The translations under genes and the position numbers were made by a program. A stretch of 53,913 nucleotides of DNA from an uncultured Bacilli bacterium (GTDB lineage Bacteria; Bacillota_I; Bacilli_A; RFN20; CAG-826): assembly GCA_944368945.1 (NCBI GenBank), contig CALVXH010000001.1:1-53913 (forward strand), written 5' to 3'. A model generated the notes under the pieces. The model was not told the DNA's origin. It saw only the letters and a program-made list of their open reading frames with translations, and did no database searches. Positions 29,692 through 39,042 of the stretch are shown in pieces (position 1 is the first letter of the stretch; each line of letters starts with the position of its first letter).

Positions 29692-30810
29692 ATGTTAAAG
29701 TCCAAAGGTTTAATTATAGTATCAGCTCTTATTATTACTACTAGTGCTTTAGGCGGAGTTTCTGGATGGTTTTTAGGAACAATGTTTAAGCCAGTTCAAG
29801 AACAACAAAATAAAGTATATTTTGATGAGCCAGTTGTATTTTCAAATAATATAGAATCTGTCAAAAAAATTCTTGATGGGGCTAAGATTAATGATATATC
29901 AAAAATTAATGAAGTTGATGTCACTTTATTAATAGGAGTAAATGGCATTACTATTGGTGATATTGCCGAGGTAAGTCAACTTTTATTATATAAAAATGAA
30001 AATGCTAAGATGATTTCAAATAACTTTGCAACTAGTAATGCAATGGGAATAGTAAACGATCAAGAAACTAATTCTACATGGATAAAGAAAGATGATTTTT
30101 ATTTTAAAGAAAATGTTTCTTATTCTAGGAATGCTTCTTTTGGCGAGAGATCATATAATTTTAATAACGAAGCAATTATTTCTCCTTTAATTAATCCGTT
30201 TGATAATTATATTGAGTATTTTAGAGTTATTGGTAACACAAATTGTACTAATGTTAGTTTTTTAGAAAGTGCAAAATCTTCTTATTTAGTTAACTCAACT
30301 GAAAATGATTTAGATAGTGAAGGAAATCAAATTAAAAGTTATTCTAGTACTTTTGGCTTATCTTTATATAAACCTTTTAATTATGATTTTAGCGAAGATA
30401 ATTTATTAAAAAATGATAATGGAGAATATGTTTCTTGTACTTTAAAAAATTCAAAGACAAATGAAGAATTTAATTATGTGACAAGTATTACATCTACCGA
30501 AAATGGATATGAGATTAATTTAGTAATGGATATAAAAGCCTTAGAAAATTATGCTTCATACATTTATACAACTACAAGAGACGCTTCTCAGCTTGCTAAA
30601 ATGAAGAAAAAACCTGAATTTAAGAATGCCGGAGTTAAGCTAGTTGTTGACAAAAACTTATTAATTCAATCAATGCATATTGATGAAGATTATAATGTTA
30701 TTTCAAATCTTGTTGGCAATGTACCAACTATCTGTTCAAGTGATTTAGTTTTTGAGTATGAAAATACGACTATACCATCGATAAAGGAAACAATTACATA
30801 TGAAGGATAA
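29692..30810 (+). CDS. Membrane-anchored surface protein, unknown function
   Basis: N-terminal TM helix followed by a 340-aa N/S/E-rich ectodomain. No motif recognised. Confidence 0.6.
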   Translation: MLKSKGLIIVSALIITTSALGGVSGWFLGTMFKPVQEQQNKVYFDEPVVFSNNIESVKKILDGAKINDISKINEVDVTLLIGVNGITIGDIAEVSQLLLYKNENAKMISNNFATSNAMGIVNDQETNSTWIKKDDFYFKENVSYSRNASFGERSYNFNNEAIISPLINPFDNYIEYFRVIGNTNCTNVSFLESAKSSYLVNSTENDLDSEGNQIKSYSSTFGLSLYKPFNYDFSEDNLLKNDNGEYVSCTLKNSKTNEEFNYVTSITSTENGYEINLVMDIKALENYASYIYTTTRDASQLAKMKKKPEFKNAGVKLVVDKNLLIQSMHIDEDYNVISNLVGNVPTICSSDLVFEYENTTIPSIKETITYEG

Positions 30811-30937
30811 AAAAGGGTATTTAAAAAGATTCTTAAGTTGGTTTTCTAACTTGCCATGGTTTTGTTATTTATTAATGGCAATTGCAAGTTTCTTTCTTTT
30901 TTATACAATATTTTTCTATATTTTCTACTTCATATAA
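30800..30937 (+). CDS. Candidate 45-aa small membrane protein (not in the ORF track)
   Basis: Hand-translated as MKDKKGYLKRFLSWFSNLPWFCYLLMAIASFFLFYTIFFYIFYFI*. Its ATG overlaps the end of the upstream gene (ATGAAGGATAA), and a terminator follows immediately. Confidence 0.4.
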   Translation: MKDKKGYLKRFLSWFSNLPWFCYLLMAIASFFLFYTIFFYIFYFI

Positions 30938-30968
30938 TAAAAAACTTTGCAAATCGCAAAGTTTTTTA
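30938..30968. terminator. Bidirectional rho-independent terminator
   Basis: Stem aactttgc/gcaaagtt (30943-30950 / 30956-30963) with an A-run before and a T-run after. Confidence 0.75.
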
Positions 30969-32876
30969 ATATTTCTTCAATAATAATCTTAATGAATTAA
31001 GAACACATATTACAGTTACACCAACATCTGCAAAAATAGCAAACCACATTATGTAAGGTGTAATAGGTAAATTAGGAATTAAAGACAATATCATAATAAG
31101 AATTTTAACTCCTATTGCGAACACGATATTTTCTATAGCAATAATATGATTCTTTTTTGATATTTTCATAACATAATTTACTTTATTTAAATCATCATCC
31201 ATTATAACTGCATCGCTAGATTCGATAGTTAAATCGCTTCCATTTACTCCCATTGAAATTCCAAGATCAGATAATGTTAAACTTGGTGCATCATTAATTC
31301 CATCGCCAACATAAGCAACAATTTTATTTGTATTAGCATCTTTAATTTTCTTTAATTCATTAACTTTATCAAGAGGCAGTAAATTACTTACATAATTATT
31401 AATTCCAGCCTCACTAGCAACTTTTTCAACAATTTCTTTATTATCGCCAGAGAGGATATAGGTTTGACTAACTCCATTTTTATACATGTTTTGAATAGCA
31501 AGTTTACTACTTTCTTTGATCTCATCTCTAATGGTAATTGTTCCAATAAAGTTCCCATCATATGCGCAATAGATAATTGTGAATGGAGTAGAAGCTTTAT
31601 TAAATTTTATATCATTATCTTGAAGTAACTTGTCATTACCTACAAGCAATTTTTTATCTTTATAAGTAACTTCAATACCTTTACCGCTTAGTTCTTTATA
31701 ATCAGCTAGTAAATTTTTATTTAAAGAATCATGTTCGTTTTTTAATATAGCATTTGCGATTGGGTGAGTTGAATAATATTCGCCGTATTTTACTAAATTA
31801 AGTAATTCTTCATTAGTATGATTTATAGTTGGATTAACTTCGCTAATAACGAAATTTCCTTTTGTTATTGTGCCTGTTTTATCAAAAACTACTGCAAATA
31901 TCTTACGAAATTTATCTAAATAGTTACTTCCTTTAATGAGAATTTTATATTTTGATGCTTGTCCTAGACTTACAAAGTATGCCATAGGAACACTTAAAAC
32001 TAATGCACAAGGACATGATATGACAAGGAATGATGCACCAACTCTAATATATTGAGACCAAACTGCGCCATCATTATATCCGAAAAATAGTGGTGGTATA
32101 ATAGCAATTAAAAAAGCTAATAAAATGACAATAGGAGTATATATTTTTGAAAATTTTGTAATAAATTTTTCAACAGGAGCTTTATTAGAAGAAGCGTTTT
32201 CAACTAATTCAAGCATTTTAGACATTGTCGAATCATAAAATTCTTTAGTTGATTTAATTATAAGAGGAGATCCAATGTTAATTACACCACTAATAATAAC
32301 TTGACCTTCTTTAACTTTTTTAGGAATACTTTCACCAGTCATCGAAGAAGTATCTAAACTTGATTCTCCTTTGTAAACGATTCCATCAATAGGTACTCTT
32401 TCACCATTTTTTACAATAAATAAGTCACCAACTTGAACTTCATAAGGATCAACAACTTTTTCGATTTCATCATTATAAAGAGTTACTTTATCTGGTCTTA
32501 AATTAATAATAGATTTAATAGACTCTCTACTTTTATCTACAGCGTAATCTTCAAATTTTTCTCCGATTTGGAAGAATAAGGTAACAGCTAAACCTTCGAC
32601 ATATTCACCAATTGCAAATGCTGCTATTGATGCGATAAGTGTTAATGTTACTTCGTTAAAGAAATCTTTTCTTGTTAACTGCTTATAAGATTTTATGTAT
32701 AAGTCATATGAAACAAGTAAATAAAAAACAAGTGAAATAGGTAATATGACAACATTTTTAAATAAATAAATGTCATTTATAACTAGATCCTCATATAAAA
32801 TGTTTATTACTAATAAAATAATGACAGCAATTAATGAAAACCCAATCCTTAATAAATCGATTTTTTTCTTAAACAT
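30966..32876 (-). CDS. P1B-type heavy-metal (Cd/Zn/Co-type) translocating ATPase without an N-terminal HMA domain
   Basis: 636 aa with SCPCAL (CPC), DKTGTIT, TGES and GDGINDAP motifs. Confidence 0.9.
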   Translation of the reverse strand: MFKKKIDLLRIGFSLIAVIILLVINILYEDLVINDIYLFKNVVILPISLVFYLLVSYDLYIKSYKQLTRKDFFNEVTLTLIASIAAFAIGEYVEGLAVTLFFQIGEKFEDYAVDKSRESIKSIINLRPDKVTLYNDEIEKVVDPYEVQVGDLFIVKNGERVPIDGIVYKGESSLDTSSMTGESIPKKVKEGQVIISGVINIGSPLIIKSTKEFYDSTMSKMLELVENASSNKAPVEKFITKFSKIYTPIVILLAFLIAIIPPLFFGYNDGAVWSQYIRVGASFLVISCPCALVLSVPMAYFVSLGQASKYKILIKGSNYLDKFRKIFAVVFDKTGTITKGNFVISEVNPTINHTNEELLNLVKYGEYYSTHPIANAILKNEHDSLNKNLLADYKELSGKGIEVTYKDKKLLVGNDKLLQDNDIKFNKASTPFTIIYCAYDGNFIGTITIRDEIKESSKLAIQNMYKNGVSQTYILSGDNKEIVEKVASEAGINNYVSNLLPLDKVNELKKIKDANTNKIVAYVGDGINDAPSLTLSDLGISMGVNGSDLTIESSDAVIMDDDLNKVNYVMKISKKNHIIAIENIVFAIGVKILIMILSLIPNLPITPYIMWFAIFADVGVTVICVLNSLRLLLKKY

Positions 32877-32877
32877 A

Positions 32878-33093
32878 TTATTTTATCCTCTTTAAAGAAA
32901 CTCCATCTTCAAAATTTTTACAGGTAGTAAAAACTTTATCAACTGCATTATCATTTAAATCAATAGTCATTTTTTCGGCTAAAAAATTTATTTGGCAAGA
33001 TTCAACACCATCAATTTTTTGTAATTTCCTTTCTAACTTTAGTGCACAGTTTGCGCAATCAAGTCCCTTTAGAATATAAATTTGTTTCATCAT
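32878..33093 (-). CDS. Heavy-metal-associated (HMA) domain metallochaperone
   Basis: 71 aa, GLDCANCALKLE (CxxC) ferredoxin-like HMA motif. Confidence 0.85.
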   Translation of the reverse strand: MMKQIYILKGLDCANCALKLERKLQKIDGVESCQINFLAEKMTIDLNDNAVDKVFTTCKNFEDGVSLKRIK

Positions 33094-33434
33094 TTTTCCT
33101 CCAAATGTTTTTTAGCAGTTTCTATAATCATACTGACATGGTCATCATCTAATGAATAAACTACGTTTTTTCCGACTTTTCTATATTTCACTAATTTATT
33201 GGCTTTTAGAATATTTAATTGATGTGAAGCTGCACTTTTAGTTATATCTATTGCGTTACAAAGATCACCAACACACATTTGATTTGCCTCTAATGCACAT
33301 AGAATTTGTAAGCGTGTAGAGTCTCCAAATATTTTAAAAAAGTCACTAATAGCATAAATTGTTGTTTCGTCAGGTAGTCTCGACTTTGTGAATTCAACAA
33401 CATCTTTATTTATTACTGGTGTATCTGCTCTCAT
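33090..33434 (-). CDS. ArsR/SmtB-family metalloregulator
   Basis: FKIFGDSTRLQILCAL...MCVGDLC...SHQLNILK. ATG 33434 behind a GGAGG SD is preferred over the TTG at 33476. Confidence 0.85.
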   Translation of the reverse strand: MRADTPVINKDVVEFTKSRLPDETTIYAISDFFKIFGDSTRLQILCALEANQMCVGDLCNAIDITKSAASHQLNILKANKLVKYRKVGKNVVYSLDDDHVSMIIETAKKHLEEK

Positions 33435-33453
33435 AATTGCCTCCAACACAAAT

Positions 33454-33483
33454 AGTATAGTTGAACGATTGTTCAATTGTCAA
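33454..33483 (-). promoter_or_regulatory. Promoter of the metal operon with an embedded ArsR-type operator palindrome
   Basis: On the minus strand: TTGACA (33483-33478), 18-nt spacer, TATACT (33459-33454). The spacer contains the perfect 6-4-6 inverted repeat TTGAAC-N4-GTTCAA (33461-33476). Confidence 0.65.
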
Positions 33484-33530
33484 ATAATTTTTTATTTTTA
33501 TTTTACGCCATAAAGTTTTAAACTATTCTC

Positions 33531-34838
33531 ATGAAGAAAATTGAACGAGATAACTACATTTTTAAAAAGAAATGTTTATTAATATTATTATATTTATACT
33601 ATATAAATGATGTTGACTATCATGGAATAATATTTAGAAGTTTTGGGTTTCATTTTGACCCAACATGTAACTTTAAAGTTATTGTAAATTCTAAAAATAA
33701 TCATATTCATAAATATGTTGTACATATATTTGTAAGTAATAGGGGAGTTAATTTAGAAGAACTCGATGTAATGGGAAATATAAATATTTTAAAAGTTAAG
33801 AATGTTAAAACTATTGACCCTTATATTCCATCATCTTCGTTAAATATATATTTTGATGAATCAAATTTTCTTGTTTATGGTTATATGGAAGGAAAACTTA
33901 TTAACTATAAATTGATTCAAAATAGTGGAACATATTTTAAAGATGAAATTCTCTATTATTTAAGCAATGATGTAAAATATGATAATGTAAATAAATCAGC
34001 AAATAATTTTACATTGTATTTATTAAGGTTTTTTACTGAAAAGATACAAACTGATTTAATTATGGGTGCAGGAATTAATTGTGATTATGGCGCTAAGGAT
34101 TGGGGACATTTAATCGAAGCTTTAAATAATGAATTTTATAAAAATGATGATAAAGCGATTGAACAAATAAAGCACTTTGTTGGAGATGAACTCTTCGTTA
34201 ATGGAAAGGTACTTAAAACAAGTGGATTTGATACATATAAATCTTTAAACCAAGAACTATATTTATTTAAAGAAGCAAAGAGCTTTAATGATTCAAATTC
34301 TACTTTATATAATTGCGTTAATTATTTAATAAAACACCCTAAAAGTGAGGTAATTACATATAATTACGACACAAATCTTGAATATTTACTTAAAAAGAGA
34401 AATATAAAATATACTAGTGTTTATGATGAAAATAGTTTTGTGCATAATGATAGCATAGTAACAATTTTCCATGTTCATGGCTTATTACCTTTCGATAAAT
34501 ATAAAGAGCAAAAATATCTTGATTCCTTAGTTTTCAATGAATCAGAATATTTTAATTTATACAATAATCCTTACTCATGGAACATATCTAAGCAAATGCA
34601 TGACTTTACTTTTAGAACGTGCTTATTTATAGGTGTTTCTTTAACCGACCCTAATATGAAAAGGCTATTGGAAGTTTCGATAAATCCATTAAAATTTAAC
34701 TTTATCTTTATGAAAAAAGAAAATGGATATAATGAAAATACATATCGTACAGTCACTAATTATTTCTTTAGTTATGACCTCATTACTATATGGATTGATA
34801 ACTACGATGAGATTGGAAAGTGGCTCGAATTAATATAA
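33531..34838 (+). CDS. Standalone SIR2-like (SIR2_2 family) protein with an unknown about 170-aa N-terminal domain
   Basis: IMGAGINCDYGAKDWGHL, VITYNYDTNLEYLL, IFHVHG, LVFNESEY and LFIGVSLTDPNMKRLL occur in the order expected for PF13289-type SIR2 domains. No clear SD, so the start is uncertain. Confidence 0.7.
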   Translation: MKKIERDNYIFKKKCLLILLYLYYINDVDYHGIIFRSFGFHFDPTCNFKVIVNSKNNHIHKYVVHIFVSNRGVNLEELDVMGNINILKVKNVKTIDPYIPSSSLNIYFDESNFLVYGYMEGKLINYKLIQNSGTYFKDEILYYLSNDVKYDNVNKSANNFTLYLLRFFTEKIQTDLIMGAGINCDYGAKDWGHLIEALNNEFYKNDDKAIEQIKHFVGDELFVNGKVLKTSGFDTYKSLNQELYLFKEAKSFNDSNSTLYNCVNYLIKHPKSEVITYNYDTNLEYLLKKRNIKYTSVYDENSFVHNDSIVTIFHVHGLLPFDKYKEQKYLDSLVFNESEYFNLYNNPYSWNISKQMHDFTFRTCLFIGVSLTDPNMKRLLEVSINPLKFNFIFMKKENGYNENTYRTVTNYFFSYDLITIWIDNYDEIGKWLELI

Positions 34839-34950
34839 TAATTGAAAATTTTTTCTTTTTTTGAAAATATTTTCATAAATATCTTTTTAAAAAGTAAATT
34901 TGAAGTGTTTTCTTTTTACTTATAACGTCTTTTTTGCTAAAATTTTTAGC

Positions 34951-36396
34951 ATGAGAACAAATGGAATTTTAATGCCTTTAAGTAGTTTACCTAGTAAATA
35001 TGGAATAGGCGATTTTGGAAAAAGTTGTTTTGAATTTATAGACTTATTAACAAATGCTGGAGTGAAATTTTGGCAACTATTGCCTTTAAATCCTTTAGGA
35101 GGCGGGAATTCTCCATACCAATCTATATGTTCATATGCAATTGATCCTATTTATATAGATTTAAGTGAATTTTATGATGAAGGCCTTGTAGATGAACTCG
35201 AATCATTTAACGAGAAAAAGAAACGTGTCGATTATCCTAAAGTTAGAGCTTTTAAGATGAAGGTTTTACATGAGGCATTTAAAAATCAAAGAGACACTAA
35301 TAAAGTTGCTTTTAAAAATTTCTTAAAAGAAAATCCGTGGATTGATGCTTATGCACGTTATCTTATTTTAAGAGAAAAGAATAATTATCAAGAATGGTGG
35401 TTCTGGCCAAAAGAAGAAAGATATGATTTTTATAAGAATACTTTTGACTATTCAAAATATAAGGAAGAAATCTTATTTACAGAGTGGTGTCAATATATCG
35501 CTTATAAGCAATATCTGAAATTAAAAAAATATGCTAATGAGTGTGGAATTAAATTAATGGGTGATATTCCTTTTTATGTTGGAAGTGATAGCAGCGACGC
35601 ATGGTCTAATCAAGATGAATTCTTATTAGATGAAAACGATAGACCAAGAAAAGTTGCTGGAGTACCACCTGATTACTTTAATGAGAATGGTCAAAGATGG
35701 GGCAATTTAATTTATGATTGGGAATATATGAAAGATGATAATTTTACTTTCTGGATTTCAAGAGTTGAACATGCCTCAAAATTATTTGATTATTTAAGAA
35801 TCGATCATTTTAGAGCTTTTGACACATATTGGGCTATTAATCCTGAGTGTCCAACAGCGATTGATGGAAAATGGGAAAAAGCTTATGGTGAAGAATTCTT
35901 TAACGAACTTAAGTCTAAGAATTTAAGTATAAAGTTATTTGCTGAAGATTTAGGAGAATCTGCCCCTGGAGTAGAAAAGTTAAGAGATGAGTTTGAATTA
36001 CCAGGAATGAATGTAGTTCAATTTACCATCCTAAATCCTGAATTTAAAGAAAAGGAAAATCAAATAATTTATACTGACACTCACGATAATGACACTTTAA
36101 AAGGTTGGATTTTATCATTAAATGCAGGTGATAAAGAGTTACTTAAAATCGCTTTAAGAGAAAAAAATATCTCTGGAAGAAGCTTATACGACAAATTATT
36201 AAATTATACTCTTTCTAGTGAATGTGATTATGCTTGTATACCTATTTGGGATTATTTAAAATTGGATTCTTCTGCGAGGATGAATACTCCTGGTACATGT
36301 GGTTCGCCAAATTGGGAGTTTAGATTAGTTACTTTTGCAGATTTTATAAAAATTATTAATGATATTAAAGGACGTTTAATAAAGTTTAAGAGATGA
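34951..36396 (+). CDS. malQ: 4-alpha-glucanotransferase (amylomaltase)
   Basis: MRTNGILMPLSSLPSKYGIGDFG, RIDHFRAF and TDTHDNDT motifs. ATG 34951 is preferred over the TTG at 34900. TGA stop. Confidence 0.92.
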   Translation: MRTNGILMPLSSLPSKYGIGDFGKSCFEFIDLLTNAGVKFWQLLPLNPLGGGNSPYQSICSYAIDPIYIDLSEFYDEGLVDELESFNEKKKRVDYPKVRAFKMKVLHEAFKNQRDTNKVAFKNFLKENPWIDAYARYLILREKNNYQEWWFWPKEERYDFYKNTFDYSKYKEEILFTEWCQYIAYKQYLKLKKYANECGIKLMGDIPFYVGSDSSDAWSNQDEFLLDENDRPRKVAGVPPDYFNENGQRWGNLIYDWEYMKDDNFTFWISRVEHASKLFDYLRIDHFRAFDTYWAINPECPTAIDGKWEKAYGEEFFNELKSKNLSIKLFAEDLGESAPGVEKLRDEFELPGMNVVQFTILNPEFKEKENQIIYTDTHDNDTLKGWILSLNAGDKELLKIALREKNISGRSLYDKLLNYTLSSECDYACIPIWDYLKLDSSARMNTPGTCGSPNWEFRLVTFADFIKIINDIKGRLIKFKR

Positions 36397-37685
36397 AAAA
36401 AATTGCTTTAATTTCACTTGGATGTGTTAAAAATACTGTTGATAGTGAAGCTATATTAGCTTTATTTAAAAAACCTGATTTTGAGATTGTTACTAAACTT
36501 GAAGATAGCGATGTAATTATTATTAATACCTGTGGATTTATTTTAAGCGCAAAAATTGAAGGTATTGATACAATACTTGATACCTTAAAATATGGCAAGA
36601 AAGTTGTTGTTATTGGTTGCTTAGTACAAAGATATTTAGATGAACTTAAAAAATCTATTCCAGAAGTTACAATGTGGGTTCCTTTTAAGGATGAATATTC
36701 TTTGTTACCTTCAAAAATTCAATCACTTTTTGAAGATGAAAAGGTAGTTGATAAATTTGATATTTTTACTAGAGTAACTGAACCTTCATTTTCAACTTAT
36801 ATTAAAATTAGTGAAGGATGCGACAATTTTTGTGCTTTTTGTGCAATACCTGCAATAAGAGGTAGATTCGTATCTTATCCAATAGAAGAAATTGTAAATT
36901 ACGCAAAAAAAGCCGCAAATTCTGGCTCAAAAGAAATTGTTTTAATTGGACAAGATCCTACGAGCTATGGAAAAGACATAAAGGATAAGAACATCAATTT
37001 AGTTAGTTTACTTAAAGAATTAGACAAAATTGAAAATATTTCAAAAATAAGATTACTATATTTATATCCTGATGGAATTACTGATGAATTAATAGATTTT
37101 ATTAAAACGCATAAAAAAATGTCTCATTACTTTGACATCCCTATTCAACATTGTTCAACTAAAATATTAAAGCTAATGAATCGTAGAGATACAAAAAAGA
37201 CCACTGAAATACTTTTTAATAAAATTAAAAAAGAAATTCCTGATGCTATATTAAGAACGACTCTTATCGTTGGTTTTCCTGGTGAAACTACAAAAGAATT
37301 TAATGAATTATTAGCATTCATAAACAAATACAAATTTAACCATTTAGGTTGTTTTACATATAGCAAAGAAGAGAATACTAAGGCCTATTTTTTGCCTCAC
37401 CAAGTCAGAGAAAATACTAAATTTAAACGTAAGGATATTTTAATGAAAAAACAAGCTAAAATATCTTATGAATTGAATAAAAATCTCATTGGTAGAAAAT
37501 TTAGTGCTTTCGTTACTAAAGTTAATAGTGAAGACTATTTTGTAAGATGTGATTATAACGCACCTGATGATATTGATGGGAATATTATTTTAAAAACAGA
37601 TAAAAAACATAATGTTGGCGATATTGTTGAAATAGAAATTACTCATGCGTTTGTATATGATTTAATAGCTAAAGAAATCTATTAA
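36393..37685 (+). CDS. rimO: Radical-SAM methylthiotransferase, RimO-like (ribosomal protein S12)
   Basis: ISLGCVKNTVDSE, CDNFCAFCAIP (CxxxCxxC), C-terminal TRAM domain, 430 aa. Confidence 0.8.
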   Translation: MKKIALISLGCVKNTVDSEAILALFKKPDFEIVTKLEDSDVIIINTCGFILSAKIEGIDTILDTLKYGKKVVVIGCLVQRYLDELKKSIPEVTMWVPFKDEYSLLPSKIQSLFEDEKVVDKFDIFTRVTEPSFSTYIKISEGCDNFCAFCAIPAIRGRFVSYPIEEIVNYAKKAANSGSKEIVLIGQDPTSYGKDIKDKNINLVSLLKELDKIENISKIRLLYLYPDGITDELIDFIKTHKKMSHYFDIPIQHCSTKILKLMNRRDTKKTTEILFNKIKKEIPDAILRTTLIVGFPGETTKEFNELLAFINKYKFNHLGCFTYSKEENTKAYFLPHQVRENTKFKRKDILMKKQAKISYELNKNLIGRKFSAFVTKVNSEDYFVRCDYNAPDDIDGNIILKTDKKHNVGDIVEIEITHAFVYDLIAKEIY

Positions 37686-37699
37686 AGCAATGTATTAAA

Positions 37700-37728
37700 A
37701 GTCTAATTAAAAAAATTAGGCTTTTTTA
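37700..37728 (+). terminator. Rho-independent terminator of rimO
   Basis: 8-bp stem gtctaatt/aattaggc (37701-37708 / 37714-37721, one G-U pair) followed by T6. Confidence 0.7.
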
Positions 37729-37845
37729 TTTAAAATGGAAAAAAATAAATAATGATATTGTTGTGCATAATGAAAGGATATATTTGTGCAATCGGCACAC
37801 TAAGGTTGAATAAACTAAGTAGATTGTCTACACGATTATGGATTT

Positions 37846-39042
37846 ATGTACGAAAAAAGATATCTTGATATTAGAAAATTTAAACTTTATCCAAGAAATA
37901 ACGAAGTAAAGCTGATTAATAAAGAGTTTAAATTTTATCAACGCTATTTTTTAGCGTTGGAAAAATATGTATCTTCTAATATTGATGGAAGGAAAATAAC
38001 TAAGAAAACTATTGTTGATTTATGTAATGAATTTAGTAACAAAGTTAAAAAACTTAATTTCGACTATACAAAATATTTTGCCAATGATCATTTTTTATTC
38101 GCAAAAGAAAACTTGCTAAAAAAATTATTTTTTAGAAAGAAAGAGAATATAAAAAAGTACATACCTATAAAAAGAACGATTAAATTATCTGGATATGGCT
38201 GCTTCATTATGAATGATTATTTCTACTTAAAAAATGTTCCTAAAATAAAAATTAGGCCAAAGTTAGAAATGTATGGTGATTTTACTTTTATAACAATAAC
38301 AAAAATTCATAAAGATTTTTTTCTAACAATTGTTAAATCTGTTAAAGCAATAGATTTTCCTAAGACAGGTGTTGCCTGTGGTATTGATATAGGTTTTAAA
38401 GAATACGCAACCATATATGATTCTAACGATGACGTTACAAAAATAGACTTTAAAAATGATAAATTAGATACTTTGGTATCGAAAGCTAATTTTTATAAAA
38501 AAGTTTTGGTGAATATAGAAAATAAAAATATTAATTATAAAAAATCAAAAAATTATATAAAAATTTTATCCAAATTAGAAAAGGTGTATCGTAAAATTTC
38601 AAATATTCAGGCTAATTTTTATAGTAGAATAACAAACTTAATTGTTAAAAAATATGATTTAATAACAATAGAAAGTATTAATTTGGAATCACTATATAAA
38701 GTTCGGACATCAAAAATAAATTTACAAAGAAGATCGTTTGGAAAGTTTTTTAAAGTATTAGAAGATAAATGCAAAAAATATAATAAAAAGTTAATTAAGG
38801 CTGATCAATTATTTATGTCTAGTCAAATTTGTTCTTCTTGTGGAGTCGTTCATCATGAGATGAAGGATTATACATTAAGAAGATTTAAATGCGAATGTGG
38901 TTATGAAGCAGATAGGGATGAAAATGCTGCTAAGAATCTTATGTATTATGGAATAAGATTTGTTAGATATAAAAATGTTAGCTTAGAAAATGGTAAAAAT
39001 GAGGGTGAAATGTATGAACTACAAAATAAAATTAAAAAGTAA
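37846..39042 (+). CDS. tnpB: TnpB / IS605-OrfB-family RuvC nuclease (OMEGA-type RNA-guided nuclease homologue), catalytic residues intact
   Basis: RKFKLYP N-terminal motif; GIDIG (D181); ITIESINL (E276); CSSC...CEC zinc ribbon; DRDENAAKNL (D356/D358). No tnpA gene nearby. Confidence 0.85.
   Translation: MYEKRYLDIRKFKLYPRNNEVKLINKEFKFYQRYFLALEKYVSSNIDGRKITKKTIVDLCNEFSNKVKKLNFDYTKYFANDHFLFAKENLLKKLFFRKKENIKKYIPIKRTIKLSGYGCFIMNDYFYLKNVPKIKIRPKLEMYGDFTFITITKIHKDFFLTIVKSVKAIDFPKTGVACGIDIGFKEYATIYDSNDDVTKIDFKNDKLDTLVSKANFYKKVLVNIENKNINYKKSKNYIKILSKLEKVYRKISNIQANFYSRITNLIVKKYDLITIESINLESLYKVRTSKINLQRRSFGKFFKVLEDKCKKYNKKLIKADQLFMSSQICSSCGVVHHEMKDYTLRRFKCECGYEADRDENAAKNLMYYGIRFVRYKNVSLENGKNEGEMYELQNKIKK

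Noticed and set aside
11402-34950. Over-long ORF-track starts: rplO 11402, rpoA 15812, 26610 (TTG), whiA 28405, arsR 33476 (TTG), malQ 34900 (TTG), ORF2 38990.
   Set aside because: In each case an internal ATG with a good SD matches the conserved N-terminus of the family (11435, 15863, 26586, 28444, 33434, 34951, 39014). For arsR, the long form would also bury the promoter and operator in coding sequence.
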